From positions 1-54,857 of the IMG/VR virus record IMGVR_UViG_3300037635_001739: a stretch of DNA of 54,857 nucleotides; one strand, written 5' to 3'. Within the stretch, counting starts at the first letter, position 1, and each line of letters begins with the position of its first letter. The notes beneath the pieces were generated by a model, which saw nothing but the letters and a program-made list of their open reading frames with translations, searched no databases and was not told the DNA's origin. The DNA is from a virus. Its lineage: Duplodnaviria > Caudoviricetes. The position numbers were made by a program, and so were the translations under genes. Of the stretch, positions 9,859 to 21,200 are shown piece after piece.

Positions 9859-11301
9859 ATGGCAAATGGATCATTTACTGGGAGTGCAGCGGCTTTAGCG
9901 CACTTAACTCCTAGACCAACACAAACGTTGTTTAACGACAACTACCTGGCCCTTGGGGACATGGATTTTACACAACAATTCTTACCAGAAGTATACGAAA
10001 AAGAAGTAGAGCGTTACGGAAACCGTACAATCTCTGGATTCTTACGTATGGTAGGAGCTGAAATGCCTATGGCATCTGATCAAGTAGTATGGTCTGAGCA
10101 AGGGCGTTTACACATTGCTTATGACGACGTTACTGTTGTATCAGCAACCTCAATTACAATTCCAGCAGGAGCTGGAGCTACTAGCAAAAACCTAATCGGA
10201 CCTGGAGATACTATCGTTATCGCTGATTCTACTGGATTAACAGTTGAAAAAGCTTACGTTAGCGAAGTGGCTGTTGCAGGAAACGGAGTAGCTACTTTAA
10301 CAATTGCAGGATACGCAGGAGCTGTTACAGTTACTGGTACTGGAAATGTAAAAGTATTCGTATACGGATCTGAATATGCAAAAGGAACTTCAAATGCAGG
10401 AACTTCTATTGATGCTGCTTTCGAACAGTTCAGCAACAAACCAATCATTTTACGTAATAAGTACGCGGTAAACGGGTCTGATACGGCACAGATTGGATGG
10501 GTAGAAGTAACTACTGAAGCTGGAACTTCAGGGTACTTATGGTATCTAAAGTCTGAGCACGAATCTCGTATACGTTTTGAAGATCACTTAGAAATGTCTA
10601 TGATTGAAGCTGAAAAAGCTGCGGCACCAATTACGCCAGCTGCTGGATTAGGAGGAGGAACTGAAATCACAGGTTCTGACGGACTTTTTGCTGCTTTAGA
10701 AAACCGAGGTCTTGTATATACAGACGCGGATTTTGGGAGCGGAGCTGATTTAGGATTAAGCGATTTTGACGCTATCCTAGGAGAACTTGACAAGCAAGGA
10801 GCTATCGAAGAGAACATGTTGTTCTTAGATCGTTCAACTTCTTTAGGTATTGACAATATGTTAGCGGCCCAAAATTCTTACGGAACTGGAGGAACATCTT
10901 ACGGTGTATTCGAAAATTCAGAAGATATGGCACTTAACTTAGGATTCAGTGGTTTCCGTAGAGGATCTTATGATTTCTACAAAACAGACTGGAAATACTT
11001 AAACGACGCTACAACTAGAGGATTAGTTGGAGATATTGAAGGTGTGGTTGTTCCTGCTGGAACTTCAACAGTTTACGATCAAATGTTAGGTAAAAACATC
11101 TCAAGACCTTTCTTACACATCCGTTACAGAGCTTCTGAAGCAGATGATAGAAAAATGAAGTCTTGGATCACAGGATCTGTAGGTGGAAACTTTACAAGCG
11201 ACGAGGATGCAATGAACGTTCACTTCTTATCAGAAAGATGTTTATGTGTACAAGCTGCAAACAACTTCATATTATTGAAGAATACTGCAACTACACCATA
11301 A
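9859..11301 (+). CDS. Major capsid protein
   Basis: 480 aa; position after scaffold; codon usage of a highly expressed gene; followed by a terminator. Confidence 0.8.
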   Translation: MANGSFTGSAAALAHLTPRPTQTLFNDNYLALGDMDFTQQFLPEVYEKEVERYGNRTISGFLRMVGAEMPMASDQVVWSEQGRLHIAYDDVTVVSATSITIPAGAGATSKNLIGPGDTIVIADSTGLTVEKAYVSEVAVAGNGVATLTIAGYAGAVTVTGTGNVKVFVYGSEYAKGTSNAGTSIDAAFEQFSNKPIILRNKYAVNGSDTAQIGWVEVTTEAGTSGYLWYLKSEHESRIRFEDHLEMSMIEAEKAAAPITPAAGLGGGTEITGSDGLFAALENRGLVYTDADFGSGADLGLSDFDAILGELDKQGAIEENMLFLDRSTSLGIDNMLAAQNSYGTGGTSYGVFENSEDMALNLGFSGFRRGSYDFYKTDWKYLNDATTRGLVGDIEGVVVPAGTSTVYDQMLGKNISRPFLHIRYRASEADDRKMKSWITGSVGGNFTSDEDAMNVHFLSERCLCVQAANNFILLKNTATTP

Positions 11302-11310
11302 TTAATTTAT

Positions 11311-11349
11311 TAGTGTGCTGGGGATCATTGGTCCCTGGCCACTATTTTT
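11311..11349 (+). terminator. Rho-independent terminator after the capsid gene
   Basis: Hairpin TAGTG.GCTGGGGATC-ATT-GGTCCCTGGC.CACTA followed by a T-run. Confidence 0.75.
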
Positions 11350-11371
11350 ATCAATTTTATAATATTATATC

Positions 11372-12232
11372 ATGGCAAACAAGAAAAAGCCCGTAGCTAA
11401 AAAAGCTGCACCACAAGAACCTATCACAGATGGGTTACCAGTACAAATAGAAAAAGCAGAACCCGTGACAGTTAAGCCATCAAAACCGGCAAAACCAACG
11501 TGGGAATACAGAGATCGAACTTATGTTTTAAAAACCGGTAAGTCTCCGCTTTTATATACATTACCTTCTAAACATTCTCAAAGAAAACCTTTATTATGGT
11601 TTGACCCAGAAAAAGGATTTCAAAGGGAATTACGTTACGCTACTAATCAGAAGTCTCCCTTTGTAGATGAACAAAAGGGATCTGCAACATTAGGTAGAAT
11701 ATCTATGCGGAACGGTTTAATCAAAGTAAAAAAGGAAGATGTATCTTTACAAAAATTATTATCTTTATATCATCCACTGAAAGATAAAGTATATTACGAA
11801 TTTGATCCAGTGCAAGTTTCTGTAAATGAACTAGATTGGATTGAGTTAGAACTTGAAGCATTAACTTTAGCTAAGGATATGGAAATTGACACAGCTGAAG
11901 GAATATTAAGAGCTGAATACGGTAGTGCAGTTAATGATTTATCATCTAGTGAATTAAAAAGAGATCTAATGATATTTGCCAAAAGGCAACCTGCGTTATT
12001 TATAGAATTAGCTAATGACGACAACGTTCAATTACGTAATGTAGGTATTAAAGCTGTAGAAGCTAGAATAATAAACTTATCCGCTGATCAAAGAACGTTC
12101 ACTTACGGCGAAGGTAATAGAAAGTTAATGACTGTACCTTTTGACGAGCACCCTTATAGCGCTTTAGCTTCATTCTTTAAGACAGATGAAGGTATGGAGG
12201 TTTATAAGGTAATATTAAAGAGACTTTACTAA
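11372..12232 (+). CDS. Conserved hypothetical protein, probably structural or assembly-related
   Basis: 286-aa ORF after the capsid gene (RELRYATNQKSPFVDEQ). Confidence 0.65.
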   Translation: MANKKKPVAKKAAPQEPITDGLPVQIEKAEPVTVKPSKPAKPTWEYRDRTYVLKTGKSPLLYTLPSKHSQRKPLLWFDPEKGFQRELRYATNQKSPFVDEQKGSATLGRISMRNGLIKVKKEDVSLQKLLSLYHPLKDKVYYEFDPVQVSVNELDWIELELEALTLAKDMEIDTAEGILRAEYGSAVNDLSSSELKRDLMIFAKRQPALFIELANDDNVQLRNVGIKAVEARIINLSADQRTFTYGEGNRKLMTVPFDEHPYSALASFFKTDEGMEVYKVILKRLY

Positions 12233-12240
12233 GTTACTTT

Positions 12241-12283
12241 TTATAGCGATTAAGCCGCTTTAAATGTGGCTTAATCACTATAA
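12241..12283 (+). terminator. Long intergenic hairpin, probable terminator
   Basis: TTATAGCGATTAAGCCGC / GTGGCTTAATCACTATAA imperfect inverted repeat. Confidence 0.6.
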
Positions 12284-12300
12284 ATTTAAAAAATTAAAAA

Positions 12301-12999
12301 ATGGCTGGAACTATAAATATTAATTCAGTTTATAAAACTGTTCTAGTTATATTAGAACAAGAGAAAAGAGGCGCACTAATGCCTTCGGAGTTTAATAGGA
12401 TGGCCACTCAGGCTCAACAAGAAATATACACTCAATACTTTGACGACTTCAACCAAGTACTTAGGTTGCCGCAAACTAGTTTAGCTTATGCTGACAGATT
12501 TGCTCTGTTAGATGAAAAAATATCTTTATTTAAAAGGCTTGAAGCGTTTACATTAGATCAAGACCAAGAAGTCACTCTTCCTTCTAATGTTCAGGAGTTA
12601 GGAGTGGTTGTATATAATAATAGGGAAGCAGAAAGGATACAAACTCACGAAGTATACACAACAAACCTTTCGCCTTTAACTGCACCTACGGAATACTACC
12701 CAGTTTATACGTATGAAAATAATACATTAAAAATTTATCCCGAAACTGCATCTGGTAAAGTTTCTGTGAATTATTTAAAATATCCCGCCGACGTTAAATG
12801 GGGATTTACTATTGATAAAGAATTAGGAAACTACGTGTATAACGAATCTGATTCAACTTCTTTTGAAATACACCAGTTAGATCAACCGTTGCTTATTTCA
12901 AAAATACTTGGATTTGCAGGGGTTGTAACAAAAGATCAATTTGTTGGTGGCATAGCTCAACAAAAGGAGGTACAAATTAACGGAGATAACGTAAAATAA
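12301..12999 (+). CDS. Tail ring/adaptor protein A1
   Basis: Paralogous to 13631..14320; position between head and tail genes. Confidence 0.6.
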   Translation: MAGTININSVYKTVLVILEQEKRGALMPSEFNRMATQAQQEIYTQYFDDFNQVLRLPQTSLAYADRFALLDEKISLFKRLEAFTLDQDQEVTLPSNVQELGVVVYNNREAERIQTHEVYTTNLSPLTAPTEYYPVYTYENNTLKIYPETASGKVSVNYLKYPADVKWGFTIDKELGNYVYNESDSTSFEIHQLDQPLLISKILGFAGVVTKDQFVGGIAQQKEVQINGDNVK

Positions 13000-13005
13000 T
13001 AATAA

Positions 13006-13611
13006 ATGGCAGATACACAATTAATCAATGCGTTTATATCTTTAAATGATATAATAAATAACTTCCTTATATCTTATACCGGACCTGGAAGAATGATACC
13101 TGACGCAGATAGGACAGAGGTTATACTACACGCTAGAAGGTGTTTGCAAGAATTTGCTTTTGAAACATTAAAAAGTCAATTTAATAAAACAACAACTATT
13201 CCTGCGAATGGCGAATATGAACAGCCGGACGACAACGTGGCTATCATTAGTATATTTAGAAGCGCTTCACCTGGAGGTGTCACTTATACAGTAGAAATGA
13301 GTGAGACAAAAGAATTAGCTAATATAGATGGTACAAACTATTATGTTGACTATAATAATAAAAAAATAATATTTGATACTTCCTTGGATGGGTATGGCTT
13401 ATCATACACGTATTTATCAAACGCATTAACTATTGATGAAACAGCAGCAGTTCCTAAATTAGCCGAAGAGGCTTTATACGCTTGTATGATATATGCAATA
13501 TTAGCAAATAGAGGAAGTACAGATCCAAACACACTCCAAAGACTTTTAATGGAAAAAATGCTAAAATTAGAAAAATCTAAATCTAGGCTGGTTTTTACAA
13601 ACTTCGAATAA
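13006..13611 (+). CDS. Tail ring/adaptor protein B1
   Basis: Paralogous to 14324..15229 (DIINNF-ISY...RTEV--HA-R--QEF). Confidence 0.6.
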   Translation: MADTQLINAFISLNDIINNFLISYTGPGRMIPDADRTEVILHARRCLQEFAFETLKSQFNKTTTIPANGEYEQPDDNVAIISIFRSASPGGVTYTVEMSETKELANIDGTNYYVDYNNKKIIFDTSLDGYGLSYTYLSNALTIDETAAVPKLAEEALYACMIYAILANRGSTDPNTLQRLLMEKMLKLEKSKSRLVFTNFE

Positions 13612-13630
13612 TAAAGTAAAGTACATATAT

Positions 13631-14320
13631 ATGAGTATAAGCATAGATACAGTATATCAAAGAGTATTGAGTATACTTAATAAAGAACAACGAGGGTATG
13701 TTACGCCTCAGGAATTTAACTTATTTGCAAATCAAGCACAACTAGATTTATTTGAGCAATATTTTTATGATATAGGTCAATTTTTAAGGTTGCCTGCTAA
13801 TGGACACGCAAACGCCAGCATACCAAATCTAATTGAGGAAAAAATTTCTTTGTTTGAAAAAGAATTAAATGTCTCTATTAATAATGGCTATTATTTGCTG
13901 CCCTCTGATTTATACCGTTTAAATAATGTAGTTGTTCAAACTTCTGAAAATGAAGCCGAACAGGTAAGCTACCAGCATTTTTTAAAGTTAAATAAATCGG
14001 ATTTAACAGCGCCTTCGGAAACATATCCCGTATATATACAAAATGACAATAAAATTAATTTATTCCCAAATACTATAGTTCAAGATGTAACACTATACTA
14101 TGTTAAAAAACCCGCGGAGGTTGAATGGAAATATCAGATTGTATTTGGGGAGCCTTTATACGATTCATCGTCCTCGATAGACTTTGAATTACACGAGTCC
14201 GAAGAAACTGAGTTAGTTATAAAAATACTAGAGCTTTGTGGTATATTAATAAAAGATTTAAGTTTATACCAAGCTTTTGACAAGGAAGATCAAGAAACAA
14301 TACAACAACAAAAATTATAA
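13631..14320 (+). CDS. Tail ring/adaptor protein A2
   Basis: VYQRVLSILNKEQRGYVTPQEFN; paralog of A1. Confidence 0.6.
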   Translation: MSISIDTVYQRVLSILNKEQRGYVTPQEFNLFANQAQLDLFEQYFYDIGQFLRLPANGHANASIPNLIEEKISLFEKELNVSINNGYYLLPSDLYRLNNVVVQTSENEAEQVSYQHFLKLNKSDLTAPSETYPVYIQNDNKINLFPNTIVQDVTLYYVKKPAEVEWKYQIVFGEPLYDSSSSIDFELHESEETELVIKILELCGILIKDLSLYQAFDKEDQETIQQQKL

Positions 14321-14323
14321 TAT

Positions 14324-15229
14324 ATGGGCTTAATAACACAAACTGACGAACAATACTATTTAGGCCCTGACGGAGTATGGAATAGCTTTGACGAAAATTA
14401 TGGTAGTTATCAATTCATTTTATTAAAAGATATAATAAATAATTTCATGATTTCCTATGTGGGATTAGAAAAAAATATATCCAAAGTAAAAAGAACCGAA
14501 GTAGCCTTTCATGCTAAAAGAGGCATACAGGAATTTAGCTTTGACACGTTACCTTCTATAAAATCTCAAGAGATTGAGATAGGGCCCACCTTAAACTTTA
14601 TTTTACCTAAAGACTACGTAAACTATGTAAAATTAGTTTGGGTTGATTCTAAGGGCATAGAACGGATCATATACCCCACCAGTAAGACTTCCAATCCACT
14701 GCCTATACTCCAAGATGCTGAATTTGAGTATTTATTTGACGAGCAAACAGGAGAGATGTTAACAGCTGAAGAATCAGAAACTAGAAAAAAATTTCAAGCT
14801 CAGAATAATACAGGTGATAATAATAAAGAAGATTTAAGTGATCGATTAAATCAAGGTGGTTGGGGCAGACGTTACGGGCTTTCTCCTGAGCAAGCACAAT
14901 CGAATGGTGTGTTTTATATAGACCGAGTTGCTGGTATAATATATTTTGACTCTAGCTTTGTAGGGCAAGTTGTTACGCTAAAATACATATCCGATGGATT
15001 AGCCACCGATGAGGAAATGGTGGTTCATAAGTTTGCAGAAGAAGCAATATATAAATATATAGCTTACGGAATTTTATCTACAAAAGCGAACACTCCAGAA
15101 TATTTAGTTGCTAGGTACAAAAAAGAATTAGCGGCTACCAAAAGAAACACCAAATTAAGATTATCAAATATTAAAATAGAAGAGCTTACGCAGGTTATGC
15201 GTAACAAATCTAAAATTATAAAACACTAG
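14324..15229 (+). CDS. Tail ring/adaptor protein B2
   Basis: Paralog of B1; directly precedes the muzzle/stabilization gene. Confidence 0.6.
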   Translation: MGLITQTDEQYYLGPDGVWNSFDENYGSYQFILLKDIINNFMISYVGLEKNISKVKRTEVAFHAKRGIQEFSFDTLPSIKSQEIEIGPTLNFILPKDYVNYVKLVWVDSKGIERIIYPTSKTSNPLPILQDAEFEYLFDEQTGEMLTAEESETRKKFQAQNNTGDNNKEDLSDRLNQGGWGRRYGLSPEQAQSNGVFYIDRVAGIIYFDSSFVGQVVTLKYISDGLATDEEMVVHKFAEEAIYKYIAYGILSTKANTPEYLVARYKKELAATKRNTKLRLSNIKIEELTQVMRNKSKIIKH

Positions 15230-15232
15230 TAT

Positions 15233-18200
15233 ATGGGTGAATTTGTACATGTTTTCCAAAAAGGAAAGATGAACAAAGATCTTGACGAAAGACTTGTTCC
15301 TAATGGTGAATACCGAGATGCGTTAAATTTAGATTTAGCAAACTCAGACAACGGCAACATGGGTTCTTTGCAAAGTGTGAAGGGTAACCAACAGCTAAGA
15401 GGTAAGCCTCAATGGACAAGCGATTATATAGATTCCTTAACTAATGCAAAGTGTATAGGATCTTTTGTTGACGATAAATCAGATAAAATATATTGGTTTA
15501 TAACCTCTACAGAAGCTGATTGTATTGCTGAATACAATTTTGCAGGTGGCCAAATAAAACCGGTTATAGTAGACACTAATAATGTCTTAAATTTTTCTAC
15601 ACAATATTTAATTACAGGCATAAATATTATTGACAATCTATTGTTTTGGACAGATAACAATTCTGAACCGAAAACAATAAATATTGATAAATTTAAAAGA
15701 GGATCTGTAAACTTTGTAACGCATACTAAGATACCCGATTACGACAGTACAAGCCAAACATATAGCGCTAATTTAACAGGCAGACCCGATTTTAATGAAG
15801 CGGATGTAACTGTTATTAAAAAATCGCCTCTTACCGCGCTTACTTTAGATATGGCTGCAAGTAAGTACGGTAATTCACCTGGCACTGGAACTTCTGAAGT
15901 TCAATTTATTCCTGGCGGGGTATATAATCCAACGGGTAATAATGAAAAAAGAATTAATTTTACTTATGCAGAAGACACCGCTAGTCCTGAGATTAGAAGG
16001 TCTTTACCCACTAGATTTCAATGGGAAGATAATATAAGTAATGATCCTGATTATTATGACGAAACCAGTATAGAGGGATGGAACGGTTACTTGGAACTTG
16101 AATTCGGGTCTCCACTACCTTTAAATTGGCAGACAGGGGACATAGTAAATATAAATGCTGACTATGAAGACACTAATTTTACAGATTACGAATACGGGCT
16201 ATCTATAAGATTAGTAGAACCTCTAAATAGCACTAATATTAAATGGAAATGCGAAATACAATCTATATCATCTGATATAGGTACATTTATAGATGCTAAT
16301 GGAAATATAATTAAATTCGAATGGGAGTGCTTGTTAGAAGAAGATGATGCAATGTTTGAAGATGTATTTCCTAGGTTTGCTTATAGATGGAAGTTTATAG
16401 ACAACGAATACTCTACATTTTCGCCATTTTCAGAGGTAGCTTTTTTAGCGGGAGATTTTAGCTATGAGTCTAGAGAAGGCTACAATACAGGAATGATCAA
16501 TAGCATAAGAAAGCTTATACTTAAAGATATAAGCTGGGGGCATGTGGATGTTACCGAAGTGGACATATTATACAAAGAATCTAACAGCTCTGCAGTATAT
16601 GTTGTAGACACTTTAGTTAAAGATGAATCGTATGATACGTCCGGAAATCTCATAACTGAGTTTGAAGTTAAAACAGAATTAATAGGAGCCTTGATAGAAG
16701 GAAACCAAATATTAAGACCCTGGGATAATGTGCCTAGAAAAGCTCAAGCTCAGGAGATAATTGGAAATAGAATAGTTTACGGAAATTATCTACAAAACTA
16801 TAATGTGCCTACCTCTGAAATAACATTAAGTTCTATATCAAATCAATACACTGTGCCGATGATAGTTGGCGAGCCCACTTTTTCTGTAAAGTCCATCAGA
16901 ACATATCAAGCGGGAGTAGTTTATTTAGATAAATACGGAAGAGAAACGCCGGTGTTTACGAGTAAAGAAGCTGGTACTAAACTAAACATATCTAGTTCGA
17001 GTACATTCAATAGGCTCATAGCTCAACCCACAAATACCCCGCCCGACTGGGCTACCCATTATAAAATATTCATAAAAGAAAATTCTAATGAATACTATAA
17101 TTTAGCCCTAGACAGATATTATGATGCTGAGGATGGCAACGTATGGTTATCTTTTCCCTCTTCTGAAAGAAACAAAATATCAGAAGAATCGTATTTAATA
17201 TCAAAAAAACAGCACGATAATAACACACCTATAGAGTCACTTTCAAGGTATAGAGTTCTGTCTATATCTAATGAAGCCCCTGATTTTATAAGAACTGTAG
17301 ATAAAAATTTAGGTACCGAAGCTGTTGAAAATATATCTTTGATTAGCGTTGGTTCGCTAGGTTTCGCTTTTAAAGGGCCTTCTCCTAGTGCTAATCCTGA
17401 GTTTGCCCCAAATTTTGCAGGAAATAGTGTAATTTTTGCTTTAGGAGCTTTTAAATCCGAAAAGTATAAGGTTATAGATTATAAAGTTGTTAACACAGTA
17501 GGAGATGAAACTAATTATGAATTAACTATAGGCAGAGGGTTAGGAGCAGATGCTACTTTTTTAGAAGTAGTAGGCGTTGGTCAGAACTTTGACATAACAG
17601 TTGTAGCTGAGCAGGAAGAAACAAAACCTGAGTATCAAGGTAGATTTTTTGTAAAAATACCAAGAGACGCAGCTTTTGACACTCACATAATGACCTCATT
17701 CCAAGCTTTAGATCCTCAATTTTCTATACTTGGAAGTATATCTTTTACGGAAAGTGGTACACGGGGACTAGTAGGAGAAAATGGGACTGGTCGTACCGGG
17801 GAGCCGGGGTATTATTGGATTGATTGGGGGTTCAAAGGAGACGGTGCTGAAACAGAAACTCCTACTGAAATGTTTGTAGCTGGCACAGGCGTTTGGATGA
17901 ACGGGGTTCCGTATGGAGGGGCTAATCCATCTAATGGCCCCATAGGTCGTAGGCTTAATGACATACAGCCTCAAAGGGCTTTTTTCCAAAATTTTGGACC
18001 TATAACTAAAAACAACAGATTTGTTGGTTTTTCTTATGTTAAAGTAAAACAACGTACTAATGGGGTGCCTACCTATATAGATGCAATGTCGGGAACAGTA
18101 CCCACCCCTTTTGACCCGGATATTGAAGACGGAAGGGCTACACGGCCCGTAACCCCTAATGGATTTATAACAACCGGAGGATCTGTAAGGTTTGAACATA

Positions 18201-21200
18201 CTCCTACTGGGGAACTTTCGCCTGTTTATCAAATAGTTAAAGCTCAAGCTTTTCACCATAGAAGAGCGCAAGACGATAATGAAGGAGACGCTCGTAATTA
18301 TGCTTATGTTATATTATTAGAGCTAAATGAAGACGTGGATTGGGAGTATGCTCCTGATTCTAACGTTTATACAACAAGATTATCACAAGCGGCTGATATA
18401 GCAATACAAGCAATAAAGCCGGTTGTACCCCAAGGGAATAGACTTCTTACGTCTAATAATCCAGCTATATTTGAAACGGAGCCTAAAGAAGCTGTAGACC
18501 TAGATTTATATTATCAAGCAAGTAATGCATTGCCTATATCTGGATATAATGACCCAGTTCAACTAGATTGGTATAACTGCTTTAGCTTCGGTAATGGAGT
18601 AGAGTCAAACAGAATTAGAGATGATTACAATGCGGTCACCATGGATAAAGGGGCTACCGTATCATCCATATTAGCAGACCCTTATGGAGAAGAGAGAAGG
18701 GGTAGTGGCTATATATTTTCTCAAATATACAATTCCACATCGGGAATAAATAGATTAAATCAATTCATACAAGCATTGCCTATAACAAAGGATCTCAATC
18801 CTATATATGGCACCATACAAAAATTACATGCTAGAGATACCGATTTAATAACTTTCTGCGAAGACAAGTGTTTTAGAGTACTAGCTAATAAAGACGCTTT
18901 ATTTAATGCAGACGGCAACGCTAATGTTACATCGAATAATAACGTTTTAGGGCAGGCTACGCCTTATGCAGGAGAGTTTGGAATATCTAAAAACCCAGAA
19001 TCTTTTGCGGATTATGGTTTTAGACTATATTTTACCGACAAAAATAGAGGTAGCGTTATGAGATTATCAAGAGACGGCTTAACACAAATATCTGAAAAAG
19101 GTATGAGTAGTTTCTTTGCTGATAATTTAAAAGCTAATAATAAATTAATAGGATCTTATGATGCAGATAAAGGGTTATATAATCTAACTTTAAATAGTCT
19201 TACTTCCGATTGGCAAACTAAATTTAACCCTATCCAAGCGGATAACTTAGCTATTGCCTGCGAAGACAATATACAAAACCCGCCTTTTCAAGAAAATTAT
19301 ATAAGCACCACCGTATCTTTTAAAGAATCCGTAGACGGTTGGACTAGTAGAAAATCATTCGTTCCTGAATCGGGAGTTTCTTTAAATGACAGGTATTTTA
19401 CATTTAAAGATGGGTTAATGTGGGCTCATAATGAAAATCCTATATATAACAAATTTTATGGCGAACAATACATTAGTTCTTTTAATGTTCTTATAAACGA
19501 ACTACCTAACTCTGTCAAAGGTTATACCGCTTTAAATTATACCGGTACAAAATCTAGAGTTTTAGAATATGAAAAAGCAAGTAGTAACAAATGGTATTCT
19601 ATAGCTGAGGTGAACGCGGGTGGTTGGCTGCCAACATCTTTAAGGATAAAAAACCCAGGATGGTATGTAAACTATATAAGAACAAATTTAGAAGGAGGAG
19701 AAGTAAAAGAATTTGAAGACAAAGAAGGTAAGTATTTTAATTATATAAAAGCACTAGCGGTATGTAACGAAGCCTTTGGTATAGGTTATCCTACTGGAAC
19801 AGATTCTGGCTCTCAAAATTATCTATTAACTACTTTTATAGATCTCACTTGCAGCAACACAGGCTCTACTACGGATCCAGATGCGGATCTATTCTTATGG
19901 ACTAATTGGGATGAGATTATAGGTAACAATGATGTTACAATAGCTAATGAAACAACCGCTCTTTCCGCTAAGTGTATAATAGAAGGATTTTATAATACTC
20001 TAAGCGATTACACTAACATAGATAAATCAGGGGTTGAGTTTAAATATTTTGCTACAGCTGGATTAGTTGTGGGAACTCAATTATATGATTATAACACTGA
20101 AGAACCTTTAACTTCCGCTGGACTTGGGCTTTACGTGCCTAGTAATTTAGGGGAGCCTAATGATTCCGGCTTAGATCCCAATAATCTTGCTACTGTCCTA
20201 GACAGTTATGATATAATAATATATAATTCTAGTGGGGTTATAACAGATATAATTCAATACAACACTATAACAGGGTCTTGTGGGGATGCTCCCTTAACAA
20301 ATCCACTTACTTTTGAAGTTACTACAACAGTAAATTCTACAAGTGTAGAGTTACCTTATGATGCTTCGGGGACATATTCAGGCACTATTAATTGGGGAGA
20401 TGGAAATACCTCTGTTAATTCTTACGCTAATAGAACCCACACATATACGGCGGCAGGTGTTTATACAATAGAAATATCCGGTAGATCATCAAGAATAATA
20501 TTCAGTAATCTATCTAATTCTATAGCGGCACTTTATACTAAGTTGGTAAAATTTGGATCTCCTATGGATTTTGAAAGGTTAAGCTTTGGAGCTAGTTCGT
20601 CTGTTATTGATGGGGCAGTTAACATGGATTTTTCTACGGTAGAAGATGTACCTAGTTTTATTTTTAATGCTCATATAGAGAATCTCACGAGAGGCTTATC
20701 TATTAACAACTTTAATAATATAAGTAATTGGGATGTGAGTAATGTGACTGGTATGGAGGCCGCATTCCGTGATAATACTTCTTTTAATCAGAACATCGGT
20801 TCATGGGACGTTAGTAGTGTTACCGCAACGGAGAGTATGTTTCACAATGCCGCAGCTTTCAATCAAAACATAAATTCTTGGGACATGAGTAGTGCTGTTA
20901 ATGTAACTACTATGTTTTATCAGGCAACGTCGTTTAATCAGCCATTAAACTCATGGAATATGAGTAGTGTTAAATATACTAGTAGTATGTTTAGGGATGC
21001 AATCGCTTTTAACCAACCTCTAAATAACTGGGATGTGAGTAATGTGATTAGCATGAGCTTTATGTTTGCAGCCAATAGTGCTTCTTCGCCGACTATATTT
21101 AATCAAGATATAAGTTCTTGGGATGTGAGTAATGTAACTATTATGCAGAGGATGTTTTTACATAATCATTATTTCAATCAGAATATAAATTCTTGGAATA

